A stretch of DNA of 64,000 nucleotides, taken from an uncultured Rivularia sp. GTDB lineage: Bacteria; Cyanobacteriota; Cyanobacteriia; Cyanobacteriales; Nostocaceae. The position numbers and the translations under genes were made by a program. Below, one piece after another: positions 32,136-43,228 of this stretch (its first letter is position 1; each line of letters begins with the position of its first letter). Location of the stretch: NCBI GenBank assembly GCA_963665115.1, contig OY762007.1, positions 416,001 through 480,000 on the forward strand, read 5' to 3'. Under the pieces are notes generated by a model that saw only the letters and a list, made by a program, of their open reading frames with translations, was not told the origin of the DNA and made no database searches.

Positions 32136-34277
32136 ATGTTGGGAAATACACTTGTTGGAAGATACCAAATAATTAGTAATTTGGGAGGTGGGGGATTTGG
32201 CGAAACCTTTGTTGCTTACGATACGCATTTACCGGGTTCTCCTCAATGTGTTGTTAAAAAGCTGAAACCTCAAGCAAACGATCCTACTACTTTACAAACT
32301 GCAAGACGTTTATTTGATACAGAAGCTCAGGTTTTGTATAAGCTGGGAATACACGAGCGTATTCCTCAACTTTTAGCTTATTTTGAAGAAAATCAAGAGT
32401 TTTATCTGGTACAGGAATATATTTACGGGCACGATTTAGATGAAGAAATAAAGCCTGGAGAACCTATAAGTCAAGATCGAGTTATTTCCCTTTTACAAGA
32501 GATACTAGAAATCTTGGAATTTGTCCATCAGCAAAAGGTTATTCATCGCGATATTAATCCACGAAATATTCTCAGGAATGATAAAGATGAAAAGCTCGTT
32601 TTAATTGATTTTGGAGCAGTTAAACAAATTACGACTCAGCTAGTTTCCCCGGCTAATCAAACACAAATTACTGTAGCTATTGGTACTCCAGGATACATTC
32701 CCGGCGAACAAGCTCAGGGAGAACCAAAGTATAGTAGCGATATTTATGCTTTGGGAATAATGAGTATCATGGCACTCACAGGATTGTCTCCCGACGAGTT
32801 GGAAAAGGATGATGATACCAACGAAATTGTCTGGCAAAAACACGCTGAAGTTAGTCAAGAGTTGGCTGAAATTATAGATAAGATGGTGCGTTATGATTTT
32901 AGACAGCGTTATTCTTCGGCAACTCAAGCAAAAGAGGCACTTAATAATCTTAATAAACCAGCTTCTTCTAATACGATGGTATTGAATGTTGCACCCCATT
33001 CACAAGTTTTCAAACCTCGTAAGAAGATTGAATTTAAAAAAATATTTATTAAAGCTTTTATGGCGCTGTTGCTAACTGGGGCTGGCGCAACTGCATCTCT
33101 ATTTATTCTTAACAGTATTAATACCGCTAACGCTGGCGACTTATATAAAAAAGCTAATACATTTTACGAGTTGCAGCGCTATGAAGATGCGCTAGATAAT
33201 TATCAACAAGCGATAGACATTAAGCCGGAATACGCTCAAGCATGGAACGGACAAGCTAAAGCACTGTATGAGTTAGATTCACATGAAAAAGCGCTTTCTG
33301 CATATGATAAAGCAATTGAGCTTGAGCCAAATTATCTAGATTCTTGGAGAGGAAGAGGTTTTGCATTAAATAAGTTAAAGCGATATCAAGAAGCTATTTA
33401 CTCTTTTGACAAAGCTTTGAAATTACAGCCAGAATCTCCCGAAGTGTTAAATGCTAAGGGGCAGGCTTTGAGTAATTTGAAGAGATATGATGAAGCTATA
33501 AATTCCTACGATAAAGCCGTAGAATTGCAGCCAGATTATGACCAAGCTTTGTACAATAAAGCATGGGTTTTATATAATTTGAAACGCTATAAAGATGCGC
33601 TCGCCACTTACGAGCAAGTTATCTATTTAAAACCGAATAACGAACGAGCTTGGTACAATAGCGGCAATGCTTTGATTAACTTGAAGCGCGAAAACGATGC
33701 TATTAAAGCATACTCTAAGGCAGTGCAGTACAAACCTAATTTTTACCAAGCTTGGTTATCCAGGGGTAACGTACTAATAAGTTTACGGCGCTATCCGGAA
33801 GCTATTGATTCTTTTCAAGAAGTATTAAAATATAATCCTGGCAACTTTGATGCATTGTATTCTCAAGGTTGGGCATTGCATCAAATGCAGCGTTACGAAC
33901 AAGCAATTATATTTTACGATAAAGCTATTGCAGTCAGACGAAACAATTACAAAGTATGGTACAGTCGCGGCAATTCGCTTTACAATTTGCAGAAATATCA
34001 AGAAGCATTATCTGCTTATAATCGCGCTGTTCGCTATAAAAAAGATCATGCGGAAAGTTGGTATAGCAAAGGTAATGTTTTAGTTAATTTAGGCAAAGAG
34101 AAAGAAGCATTAACAGCTTACGATACCGCAATTAAATATAATCCAGATTACCGGGAAGCGATTAAAGCAAGGAGGAAGGTACAGGAAAGATTAGAAGAAC
34201 AATTAGAAGATAAAGATCAAGATCAAGATAAAAATAAAGATAAAAAAACAGGATTTTTAAATTTTTTTAGAAGGTGA
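32136..34277 (+). CDS. Ser/Thr protein kinase with TM helix and C-terminal TPRs
   Basis: LGGGGFG, HRDINPRN, DFG, GTPGY, then about 10 TPRs. Start set at ATG 32136 because the upstream part is (aattgat)n STRR. Confidence 0.92.
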   Translation: MLGNTLVGRYQIISNLGGGGFGETFVAYDTHLPGSPQCVVKKLKPQANDPTTLQTARRLFDTEAQVLYKLGIHERIPQLLAYFEENQEFYLVQEYIYGHDLDEEIKPGEPISQDRVISLLQEILEILEFVHQQKVIHRDINPRNILRNDKDEKLVLIDFGAVKQITTQLVSPANQTQITVAIGTPGYIPGEQAQGEPKYSSDIYALGIMSIMALTGLSPDELEKDDDTNEIVWQKHAEVSQELAEIIDKMVRYDFRQRYSSATQAKEALNNLNKPASSNTMVLNVAPHSQVFKPRKKIEFKKIFIKAFMALLLTGAGATASLFILNSINTANAGDLYKKANTFYELQRYEDALDNYQQAIDIKPEYAQAWNGQAKALYELDSHEKALSAYDKAIELEPNYLDSWRGRGFALNKLKRYQEAIYSFDKALKLQPESPEVLNAKGQALSNLKRYDEAINSYDKAVELQPDYDQALYNKAWVLYNLKRYKDALATYEQVIYLKPNNERAWYNSGNALINLKRENDAIKAYSKAVQYKPNFYQAWLSRGNVLISLRRYPEAIDSFQEVLKYNPGNFDALYSQGWALHQMQRYEQAIIFYDKAIAVRRNNYKVWYSRGNSLYNLQKYQEALSAYNRAVRYKKDHAESWYSKGNVLVNLGKEKEALTAYDTAIKYNPDYREAIKARRKVQERLEEQLEDKDQDQDKNKDKKTGFLNFFRR

Positions 34278-34366
34278 TTCAATTAACAATTTTTAACCAA
34301 AAGGTTTGTAGTAAGGGCTTTAGCCCTTTAATTGAGGACTAAAGTCGGCACGTAGAACAAGGTTTC

Positions 34367-35554
34367 TTAAATTTCACCCGAAAAAGCACGTTGAGCCAAG
34401 GAATTAAACAGTTGCTCGGCAAGTTGTGCATCTCGATCTAATTTATTTAGCCATGCGTGAAACTTTAAAAACCAACTACCAAATTCATGTTGTTTTTCTT
34501 GGGGAGGATTAAGAAAAATAATATCGGAAAATTTACTTTTAGTTACTAAACCTTTGATGGAATTTGTCGATTTAGCTTGAACTAAATGTTGAGCTACAAA
34601 GAAATGACTGTATAGAAAATAAGGATTTATGCCTTTTTTAGGAATAATCGCATTAATTTGTTGATTAAATGTAACTTCTCTATGTGTTAATGCTGCTCTA
34701 CCGATGCTATTCTGACTACCTGCAATGCAAGTTACCAAAATTGAGCCAGATGGTACGGTTCTTCCTATTTGTTTTCCTTGGTATGATAACTTTTCTACAG
34801 CTTCTGTGATGAAATGATCCGGGGTTGTAATGTTATCGGATTTTATCCACTCAATACAATCGCCGTAATTTTCAGGATTGGCTCTTGGTGGTGTATTTCC
34901 TATCATAACTTTACCTAAATTTCCGATTTTTTCTAATTCCCATCCATAAGGATTTGCAACCGGATTGCCGAACATTTCCAGAAACTGCGATCGCAACAAG
35001 TTTTCTGTAAGTTTAATCGCTGCTTCTCGTTTACGACGTATTCTATCAGCTTTGTCTAAAATAGCAGCAATTCGATGCTGCTGAGGTAAAGATGGCAGGG
35101 TAATTTTAAGTTTTTCAATCCGAAAAAGCGCTAGTTTTGGTTGATTTGTAGCCTTTACTTGCTTCTTTATTTCATGCTGACCTAAAGTATTTAAATAATA
35201 AGCTAAATAGCTTCGATCTAATTTATTTTTATCTCTAATAACAAGTTTGGCTGCATTCTCAGTGAAATTTGCACCACAAAGGTGTTTGGGAACAATCCCT
35301 GCAATACCGATGCTTCCGGCAATAGATATATAAACATCTTCGGTGGAAATGGTATACTGCGAAATTTTAGAATGTGTCTCTTTAGTTAAATAGCGCAAGT
35401 TTGTTTCATCTATCGATCCAGAAGCAAAATCGCAGACACGCAGATATGGATGCTGTGTACGATTCGGAGCATATTTATCTCCTTTGGGTAGTCTTTTTCC
35501 TCCTTTAACAGTTACTAACTCACCAAGATGACGAATTGGATAAATAAGTTTCAA
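34367..35554 (-). CDS. hsdS: Type I R-M specificity subunit
   Basis: Two TRDs separated by LPSLPQQHRIAAILDKAD...LRSQFLEMFG; C-terminus FNSLAQRAFSGE. Confidence 0.9.
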   Translation of the reverse strand: MKLIYPIRHLGELVTVKGGKRLPKGDKYAPNRTQHPYLRVCDFASGSIDETNLRYLTKETHSKISQYTISTEDVYISIAGSIGIAGIVPKHLCGANFTENAAKLVIRDKNKLDRSYLAYYLNTLGQHEIKKQVKATNQPKLALFRIEKLKITLPSLPQQHRIAAILDKADRIRRKREAAIKLTENLLRSQFLEMFGNPVANPYGWELEKIGNLGKVMIGNTPPRANPENYGDCIEWIKSDNITTPDHFITEAVEKLSYQGKQIGRTVPSGSILVTCIAGSQNSIGRAALTHREVTFNQQINAIIPKKGINPYFLYSHFFVAQHLVQAKSTNSIKGLVTKSKFSDIIFLNPPQEKQHEFGSWFLKFHAWLNKLDRDAQLAEQLFNSLAQRAFSGEI

Positions 35555-36954
35555 CCCAATAATTCCTCTAAATCGTTCAAATCCTGCTGAATCTCATTCT
35601 CCAATTCCCGCATCTTTTGTAAAATCACCTTTGGCGGCTCATACTCTACCTTTTCATACTCAATTTCTTTGTAGCGATGGATTGATAAATCGTAACTATT
35701 CTCTTTTATCTCTTCCTTAGCAACAAAAAATGCTTTATTGGTGGGTGTATTCTCCTGGAAATTTCTTTGCTTCCACTGCTGCAACAAATCCGGAATATCA
35801 TTATCTTCCACTGGCTGACGTTTATCATCTAAAGAGAAACCATCTGCTTGCAAATCGTAAAACCAGACATAATCGGTTCCTCCAACCCCAGTTTTTGTGA
35901 AAATCACCACCGCTGTTGATACTCCCGCATAAGGCTTAAATACCCCAGAGGGCATGGAAATAATTGCTTCTAATTTATGCTCCTCGACCAATATTTCGCG
36001 GATATTTTGATGTGCTTTTGAAACTCCAAATAACACTCCATTCGGTACAATTGCCGCTGCTCTTCCGCCAATCTTTAATAACCTGAGAAATAAAGCAATA
36101 AATAATAATTCAGTCTTCCCAGTATCAATTACCTTAATTAAATTCTTGGCAACAGTAGACTTTTCCACCGAACCTTTAAAAGGTGGATTCGCCAAAATTA
36201 AAGTAAACGCCTCACTAATTTCCTCATATTCTTGAGAAAGCGAATTTCGCGCTTCAATTTGCGGGTTTTCCATGCCGTGTAACATCAAATTCATGCTGCA
36301 AATTCGCAACATGGTGCGATCAAAATCAAATCCGTGAAACTGGTGATTAAGAGATGCATTTAAATTGCTTAAATATTCCGCCGCAGCAACCAAAAACCCT
36401 CCAGTACCACAAGCTGGATCGCAAATAGTGTCTGTAACTTCCGGTGACATCAATTCCACTATCATCTTAATAATGTGTCGCGGGGTGCGGAATTGTCCGT
36501 TAGTGCCTGCTGCGTTCAACTTCGAGAGCATATACTCATATAAATCTCCCGATATATCCCTATCTTCTATCGGAATACGATCAATTTGTTTCACCACATT
36601 AGCTAACAATGTGGGACTAGAAATTAAAAAAACGGCATCCTTCATGTGCCGAGTATAGGCGTTTTCCCCTACAGTTGCTGCCAAATTTTTGATAAAAGGA
36701 AAAGCCTCATCTCGCACAATTTGCAACATTTCCTCCGAATCGGCGAGATTCTTAAAAAAACACCAGCGATACCGCTGTTGCTCTGGGGAAAAAATCGGCT
36801 TATCCAAAGATTTACCCAACTCCAAATCATCCAACCGCTTAATAAATAACAGGTAAGAAATTTGCTCTATCGCTGCAAGGGGATTACTAATCCCATTATT
36901 CCAAAAAGTAGTCAAAAGGCGGTCAACCTTTGACTTCATCTTACCCGTTATCAT
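35551..36954 (-). CDS. hsdM: Type I R-M N6-adenine methyltransferase
   Basis: GQFRTPRH, DPACGTGGF, ANPPF; 4-bp overlap with hsdS. Confidence 0.93.
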   Translation of the reverse strand: MITGKMKSKVDRLLTTFWNNGISNPLAAIEQISYLLFIKRLDDLELGKSLDKPIFSPEQQRYRWCFFKNLADSEEMLQIVRDEAFPFIKNLAATVGENAYTRHMKDAVFLISSPTLLANVVKQIDRIPIEDRDISGDLYEYMLSKLNAAGTNGQFRTPRHIIKMIVELMSPEVTDTICDPACGTGGFLVAAAEYLSNLNASLNHQFHGFDFDRTMLRICSMNLMLHGMENPQIEARNSLSQEYEEISEAFTLILANPPFKGSVEKSTVAKNLIKVIDTGKTELLFIALFLRLLKIGGRAAAIVPNGVLFGVSKAHQNIREILVEEHKLEAIISMPSGVFKPYAGVSTAVVIFTKTGVGGTDYVWFYDLQADGFSLDDKRQPVEDNDIPDLLQQWKQRNFQENTPTNKAFFVAKEEIKENSYDLSIHRYKEIEYEKVEYEPPKVILQKMRELENEIQQDLNDLEELLG

Positions 36955-37036
36955 ATTCTCAATGAACAATTATCAATGAACAGTCAATGCACTTAACAAA
37001 CCAACCTATCATCTAATAATGATAATTGATAACTGA

Positions 37037-38830
37037 TTACTGAATATTAATTTCACCTAAATAGGTTCCCATTTGGAAATCATTGATTCGAGTATTTGTT
37101 GTACTGCGAATAAATGAGTCTGTATTATCGATTGCAGACTTGATTTCCGATGCAGCAGCTTTGTCTAATTTGGCGATAATACGCTTTTTACTGTTGTACT
37201 CAGCTAGTTTGACTCGTGCTTTAGCGAAAACTGGCGTATTTTCGGGTACCTTTTGCAGATATTGAATAGCAGTATCAAACTTACCTAATTCTGCTTGGTT
37301 ATAAGCTTGTTGTAAAAGGTAAGTTGCTCTTACAAGCTGCTTTTGCTCGTATTCTGCTAACTTTTCCGCGATTAAATTACTATCTGAAGATTCTCTGGGA
37401 ATTTGACGCAGGTAATGTAAGGCAGTGCTAAAGTCTTTTTCTGTAGCTTTTTCGTAGGCTTTTGCAAGGTACTCGTCTTTCTGCAACTCAATATAAGCCC
37501 GCGCTTGCTTTGCCAATACATCTGTTTTTGTTTGCCAATATAAAATATCGGGAAGATCGACTGTATGGTTAATTACATCTCCCCAGCGTTTTTGTTCGGA
37601 AGCTATTTTAGCGGCTTCGTATTTCTGAGCAGCAATTTGCCATTCCTGCTGCCATTCACCAATTGTAGCTTGGGCTTCTGGATAAACATTGCTATCACTT
37701 GGAATCGATTTTGCTAGGGCGATAGCACCTTGCAAATCTCCAGATTGAAATTCCTTTTGTGCTTCAGATAATGTTTGATTTTCTCCTAATACTGGAGAAT
37801 GATTCATTAAAGAATAAGCTCCAAATCCGATAATCACGGAATTAGCAGCTAAACCAATTTTCATTCCTGTTAATAAAGGAGATGAATTCTCCAAATTCGA
37901 TTTTTTGGAACTTCTAAAATAGTTATGATTTTGAGGAGCCTCTGAGTAAACGGTATACTCGGCATCAATAATTTGAGAAGCTGGATCTATAGGAATTTGT
38001 TTGAGTGCTTGCAGTACATCTGAAGTCGTTTTAAAACGTTCTTGATGCTTGTAGCGAACCATTTTGCTAATCACAGCAGCAACATAATCGCTAACTGCGG
38101 TGTTTCGACTACGCCACAATACTTCATTATTTGATGGGTGTTTTTTTAATTGTAGAGGAGTTAATCCCGTCAAAGCCTGAATCGCAATCATTCCCAAAGC
38201 ATAAATATCGCTCGAAGGTTGGGTTTGCCCGATAAATTGTTCTGGAGGTATATAACCAAGAGATGTAACGGGAATTGAATAAATAGGTAATACTTCGTCT
38301 GCTCCAAAATCAACTGGTTGAATGGAACCGAAATCAATTAATACTAATTTACCATCCCTTGCACGTCGAATTAAATTCTCTGGCTTCACATCGCAATGTA
38401 TTACACCTTGAGAATGAACGTATTCCAGAACGCTTAAAACGTCTTTTAAGAACTTAACAACGCCGTTTTCGCTCCATAAATACTCTGGATTTTTATTTTC
38501 TGGTAATTCCGCACTTAGGGAATGTCCCTCAATAAATTCTTGTACCAAATAAAAACGTTCGTTTTCTTCAAAACAAGAAATTAGCTGAGGAATTTGTTTG
38601 TGATGTCCCAGATGTTTGAGAGTACGAGTCTCCGTAAGAAAACGCAACCTTAAATCTTGTAAAAAACTCGGTTGTAAACTAGTTACCTTGAGTTGTTTTA
38701 CAACACACTTAGGGTTGTTCGGATGTTCTATGTCCACTGATATGTATGTCTGTCCAAATACCCCTGCACCGAGGCTTTGGACAATTTGGTAACGCTCTTG
38801 CAGTACCTTTCCAATCATGTAGTTGGTCAT
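37037..38830 (-). CDS. Ser/Thr protein kinase (non-RD) with TM segment and helical C-terminal region
   Basis: LGAGVFG, HCDVKPEN, DFG, SLGYIPPEQ. Confidence 0.88.
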   Translation of the reverse strand: MTNYMIGKVLQERYQIVQSLGAGVFGQTYISVDIEHPNNPKCVVKQLKVTSLQPSFLQDLRLRFLTETRTLKHLGHHKQIPQLISCFEENERFYLVQEFIEGHSLSAELPENKNPEYLWSENGVVKFLKDVLSVLEYVHSQGVIHCDVKPENLIRRARDGKLVLIDFGSIQPVDFGADEVLPIYSIPVTSLGYIPPEQFIGQTQPSSDIYALGMIAIQALTGLTPLQLKKHPSNNEVLWRSRNTAVSDYVAAVISKMVRYKHQERFKTTSDVLQALKQIPIDPASQIIDAEYTVYSEAPQNHNYFRSSKKSNLENSSPLLTGMKIGLAANSVIIGFGAYSLMNHSPVLGENQTLSEAQKEFQSGDLQGAIALAKSIPSDSNVYPEAQATIGEWQQEWQIAAQKYEAAKIASEQKRWGDVINHTVDLPDILYWQTKTDVLAKQARAYIELQKDEYLAKAYEKATEKDFSTALHYLRQIPRESSDSNLIAEKLAEYEQKQLVRATYLLQQAYNQAELGKFDTAIQYLQKVPENTPVFAKARVKLAEYNSKKRIIAKLDKAAASEIKSAIDNTDSFIRSTTNTRINDFQMGTYLGEINIQ

Positions 38831-39164
38831 GAGCTAGTTACTTAATCACTCCACTACTAAGGTTTTCGCAGCATCCTTTATATTTCCGGAAATCCTTATG
38901 ATTTAATAGCTTGGAGCATTTATTTATTATTCTGTAAATGCCATATATACTGAAACATATGTATGTTTTTATATCTTTTTAAAGTTATATACCTTTTTAA
39001 GTACTGAGTAACAAGTATTTCCATCGCTTTAGAGTATAGGCATTAATTTTTACCAACACCATACTTCCGTAGAGAGATTTTTTGTATCATGTATTGCTAC
39101 ACAGTATACGGTGAGGGAGTTAGGAGTAGAGAATAAGTTATTCTTCCCCTTGTCCCCTTGTCTC

Positions 39165-39265
39165 CCCCTTCGGGTATCTCCTCCGGAGACGCTGAGCCGC
39201 ACGCTCCGCGTGAACGCTAACACCACTCCCCTCAACGGAGGGAACCTCCGCACGGGGGTGGATTC
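39165..39265. repeat. Cluster of short GC-rich dispersed palindromes inserted in an STRR tract
   Basis: cgggtatctcctccggagacgct, ccgcacgctccgcgtg and caccactcccctcaacggagggaacctccgcacgggggtgg lie within a tcccc-type heptamer tract. Confidence 0.55.
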
Positions 39266-39376
39266 ACCATCTCCTCACCTCATATCTATAAACTTTTGTA
39301 TCTACACTCGGAATTTTCGAGCAAAATCTTTGATAAATAACAGAGCTATTTTTATACTAATATTTTGTACTGGCTA

Positions 39377-40036
39377 ATGAAAACTGAAAAGAAAACAGGG
39401 GAATGGTGGAAATATGTACTCTTATTCACATTACTTTTGACATTTAGACCAATTTCGTTTTTTATCAGACAGGCGCAAAGCGGGCACCCGTTAGATGTTA
39501 ACTACTTTTGGACTGAATTTTCACCATTTGGATTATTTCAACATTGTTACAACGGTAACGGCGGTAAGGATTGGAAAATCGGTGAATGTAAAATCACAGT
39601 TTTAAATGCTGAACAATTGCGTACTCTACCTTTATTAAGGAAATTTGCGCTCTCTCTTGTGAATAGAGATCGTAATATAAATAATTTATCCTCTTTGCGA
39701 AAAGATAAATTACTTTCTCAAACAGCGCAGCTTCATGCAGAAGATATGCTTTCGAGACGATATTTTAATCATGTGTCCCCCGAAGGTACAACTCCCCGTC
39801 AACGGTATGTAATAGTTGGTGGTAGTAACTGGTTAGGAGTTGGCGAAAATATAGCTAAAGGTGGCACTAAAGGTTTAGCGTTGACTTACGGTGAAGTAGA
39901 AAAATGGCAGCGTGGTTGGATGTACAGTAATGGACATCGCGCTAACCTTCTTACTCCGGAATACAGAAAATTTGGCTATGGTATTGCTACTGGTGCTGAT
40001 GGGCGGAGTTATGCAGTTCAGATGTTTTCCAATTAG
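39377..40036 (+). CDS. CAP/SCP-domain protein
   Basis: AQLHAEDM..R.YFNH.SPEG, GENIA, WMYSNGHRANLL. Confidence 0.88.
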   Translation: MKTEKKTGEWWKYVLLFTLLLTFRPISFFIRQAQSGHPLDVNYFWTEFSPFGLFQHCYNGNGGKDWKIGECKITVLNAEQLRTLPLLRKFALSLVNRDRNINNLSSLRKDKLLSQTAQLHAEDMLSRRYFNHVSPEGTTPRQRYVIVGGSNWLGVGENIAKGGTKGLALTYGEVEKWQRGWMYSNGHRANLLTPEYRKFGYGIATGADGRSYAVQMFSN

Positions 40037-40235
40037 AAGCTTCCCACAGAATTTTTAGAACATTTTTTAGAACATAAAAATCTATGAAGCTATAGCAATT
40101 TCAATGATAAATTCTGTTCCTTTTCCTACTTTTGAATTACAAAATAATTTTTAACTCCTAATTGCTCGCTCATATCTCATATCTCCTAACTTACTAATAA
40201 TGGGATATTGTTAAAGAACAAAGAAATGTAAAGTA

Positions 40236-41408
40236 ATGATGAAGCTGGCAGCAAGAATTAGTCAGGTATCACCTTCTCTAACTTTGGCGATCGCCGCGAA
40301 AGCCAAGGCTATGAAAGCGGAAGGTATTGATGTTTGTAGCTTTAGTGCTGGGGAACCGGATTTTGATTCACCAGCCCATGTTAAAGCTGCTGCAAAGAAG
40401 GCATTGGATGAGGGTAAGACAAAATATGGCCCTGCGGCTGGGGAACCCAGGTTAAGGCAGGCTATAGCCCAGAAGTTGCAAAGGGAAAATAATCTGGATT
40501 ATCAAGCAGAGAACATCATCGTTACTAATGGTGGTAAGCATTCTCTGTTTAATTTAATGCAGGCTTTGATTGAACCGGGTGATGAGGTAATTATTCCCGC
40601 GCCTTACTGGGTAAGCTATCCTGAGATGGTTAAATTAGTCGGTGGCAATCCAGTAATTGTCATGACGGATCAAACAAATGGGTATAAAATTCAGCCGGAA
40701 ATTTTAAGAAGTGCAATTACGCCAAAGACTAAATTATTCGTTTTGAATTCACCATCAAATCCTACGGGAATGGTGTATACACCCGAAGAAATCAAAGCTT
40801 TAGCGGAAGTTATTGTTGAGAAAGATATTTTAGTAGTTTCCGACGAAATTTACGAAAAAATCCTTTATGACGGTGCAAAACATCTGAGTATCGGCTCTTT
40901 AAACGACGAAATATTTGCCCGTACCATTGTTAGTAACGGTTTTGCCAAAGGTTACTCAATGACGGGTTGGCGTTTGGGTTATTTAGCTGCACCCGTGGAA
41001 TTAATTAAAGCCGCAACCACCGTTCAAGGTCATAGTACATCTAATGTATGTACCTTTGCTCAATATGGTGCAATTGCTGCCTTAGAAGAATCGCAAGATT
41101 GTGTTGAGGAAATGCGTCAAGCTTTTGCAAAACGCCGCAAAGTGATGTTGGAAAGAATCAATGCGATTCCGGGATTAAGTTGCGCTAAACCCGATGGTGC
41201 ATTTTATTTATTTCCAGATATTAGTGAAACCGGCTTAAAATCCTTAGATTTCTGCAAAACTTTATTAGATGAGCATCAAGTAGCAGTAATCCCCGGTGTC
41301 GCTTTCGGTGCAGATAATAACATTCGTTTATCTTACGCCACCGATATGGCAACAATTGAAAAGGGGATGGATCGATTGGAGAAATTTGTGAAATCGGTTA
41401 ACGGTTAA
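40236..41408 (+). CDS. aspC: PLP-dependent class I aminotransferase (aspartate aminotransferase-like)
   Basis: [30 protein letters not shown]. Confidence 0.88.
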   Translation: MMKLAARISQVSPSLTLAIAAKAKAMKAEGIDVCSFSAGEPDFDSPAHVKAAAKKALDEGKTKYGPAAGEPRLRQAIAQKLQRENNLDYQAENIIVTNGGKHSLFNLMQALIEPGDEVIIPAPYWVSYPEMVKLVGGNPVIVMTDQTNGYKIQPEILRSAITPKTKLFVLNSPSNPTGMVYTPEEIKALAEVIVEKDILVVSDEIYEKILYDGAKHLSIGSLNDEIFARTIVSNGFAKGYSMTGWRLGYLAAPVELIKAATTVQGHSTSNVCTFAQYGAIAALEESQDCVEEMRQAFAKRRKVMLERINAIPGLSCAKPDGAFYLFPDISETGLKSLDFCKTLLDEHQVAVIPGVAFGADNNIRLSYATDMATIEKGMDRLEKFVKSVNG

Positions 41409-41775
41409 CAGTGAGCAGTGAGCAGTTATCAGTTGTTTATTATTAAATAGCTGGTAACTGTTTTTTTCCGATTCGGAGTATGCGCTTAAGCGTAAAATAA
41501 CTTTGAGTGCAATAAACTTATATATTAAGTAATTCTGACATAGTTGATATTGATAGCGAGTAAAATTAAATAATTAATCTATTTAAAATACTTGTTTACA
41601 GATTTATGGATAAATGGGAATTAGAAGCAAGATTTTTGGAAAATCCTCAATTGTTAGCAATGCTATCTAAAACTAAGTTAAAAGATTTATTATCAAAAAA
41701 GTAGATGACAAAATTCAAGTTTTTTCACCATTTTAGTTTTAAAATAAGTTAATAACGTAATAATAACTTTGGTTT

Positions 41776-42048
41776 ATGCAAGCAATATTTTTTAGTCGCG
41801 AAGAAGTTGCCCGACGTGCGAAGCTACTATACGAAAATGGCATACGTCAGAAGGTTGAGTCAGAAGATAATATAGGTAAAATGATTATTATTAATATTGA
41901 AACAGGTGACTATGAGATAGACGAAACTGGCTTAAAAGCAGCACGTAACCTACGTCAAAAATATCCAAACGCAAGACTTTTCGGTATTCGTATTGGTTAT
42001 AAGGTTGCGGCATCATTTGGTGGTGGTATGGAGCGTGTATCTAAGTGA
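41776..42048 (+). CDS. Small hypothetical protein coupled to an aspartic protease gene
   Basis: 90 aa, GKMIIINIETGDYEID...LFGIRIG; 4-bp overlap with the next gene. Confidence 0.7.
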   Translation: MQAIFFSREEVARRAKLLYENGIRQKVESEDNIGKMIIINIETGDYEIDETGLKAARNLRQKYPNARLFGIRIGYKVAASFGGGMERVSK

Positions 42049-42410
42049 TTTCTGGTATCGTTATTAATAGACACGCTACAGTCAGATTAACATTTCTACT
42101 TCCGAATGGCTCAAGCTTACCAATTGAATTTGTCATAGATACAGGGTTTACTGACCATTTATGTTTGCCTTCAGAGACAGTTACTCTACTAGGCTTGCCT
42201 TTTATATATGATATTCCTGCGAATTTGGCAGATAATAGTGAGGTTTCCTTACCAGTTCACGAAGCTATTATTATATGGAATGGCGAAGAACAAGAAGTTC
42301 GGGTAATTGCTACAGGAAGACGACCTTTACTTGGAACCGCTTTATTAGATGAGCAAGAACTTGTGATTCAGTTTACCGAAGGTGGATTGGTAACAATTGA
42401 AGGGTTATAA
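42045..42410 (+). CDS. Clan AA aspartic protease
   Basis: FVIDTGFTDHLCLP, LAD, PLLGTALL. Confidence 0.85.
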   Translation: MISGIVINRHATVRLTFLLPNGSSLPIEFVIDTGFTDHLCLPSETVTLLGLPFIYDIPANLADNSEVSLPVHEAIIIWNGEEQEVRVIATGRRPLLGTALLDEQELVIQFTEGGLVTIEGL

Positions 42411-42416
42411 CTACTT

Positions 42417-42837
42417 TTACAAAACCGTCAAATAAGTATCTTTCCCTTGCTCCGGTAAAACTCGTAATTTTTGATTATTCAAATCGGGTTCTAATCCTAA
42501 ATCTTCTGGCATATATTAATCCCAATAATGGCTCGCAATCTTCTGGCAATTCAATACAGTTAAATACTCCTTCCCTCCCTTCAACAGAGAGATTCAGCAT
42601 TTTAAAAACACGAACCTTTTCTACTCCTGTTGCCCTGTTCACATCTGCTTCCCCTTGAAGAGGTAATCCCAACTCAAGAATAATATTTTTAGGCAAGCAA
42701 AGTCTTGTTGCTCCAGTGTCAACTAAAACGTTATCTAATGTTATTGAACGAATTTGTTCTGTAGGAATAAACCCTCTTTTAGCTAAAGTCAGATCGATTT
42801 GGTTGGTAACTTTAATTGTAGTTGTGACTTTGCCCAT
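42417..42837 (-). CDS. Clan AA aspartic protease, apparent frameshift near 42510
   Basis: VLVDTGATRLCLP, PLLGLI. The alternative frame continues EDLGLEPDLNNQKLRVLPEQGKDTYLTVL*. Paralogue of 30107-30566. Confidence 0.8.
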
Positions 42838-42857
42838 GTTTCATTTATAAATGTTCA

Positions 42858-43228
42858 TTAGTTCTCTACATCTTCAACACTATGGTGTTCATACTCAGTG
42901 ATAATATTGCTAATCTCCGAAGCTGTAATGTCAGCTTGTTTAGATTTTGTATAAATAGTCAGCAAAATGATACCTGTTGCTGTTTTGAGGTAATAAATGA
43001 GTCGATAGCCACCGCTTTTACTTTTTGAATGTCGCTATTACGAACTCGTAATTTAAAAATTGTATAATCAGTTCCAGATATTTTGTCTCCTGGTAATTCT
43101 CCTTGTTCAAGTTGTTCGATTACAGGTTGTATATCATTACGGATACTGCGATATTTTTTTGCTAAAGTTCGTAGATTTTTATGAAAGGTTGGTGCGATTT
43201 CGACTTGAATAAACTGCTGCTCAGACAT
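42858..43228 (-). CDS. RelE/HigB-family toxin, apparent frameshift at 43021
   Basis: FHKNLRTLAKKYRSI...IFKLRVRNSDIQK. Adding one G gives GKSGGYRLIYY...ILLTIYTKSKQADI. Confidence 0.8.

Noticed and set aside
39050..39377. ORFs 39050-39253 and 39111-39377
   Set aside because: They overlap a cluster of dispersed palindromes and STRR and show no protein features.
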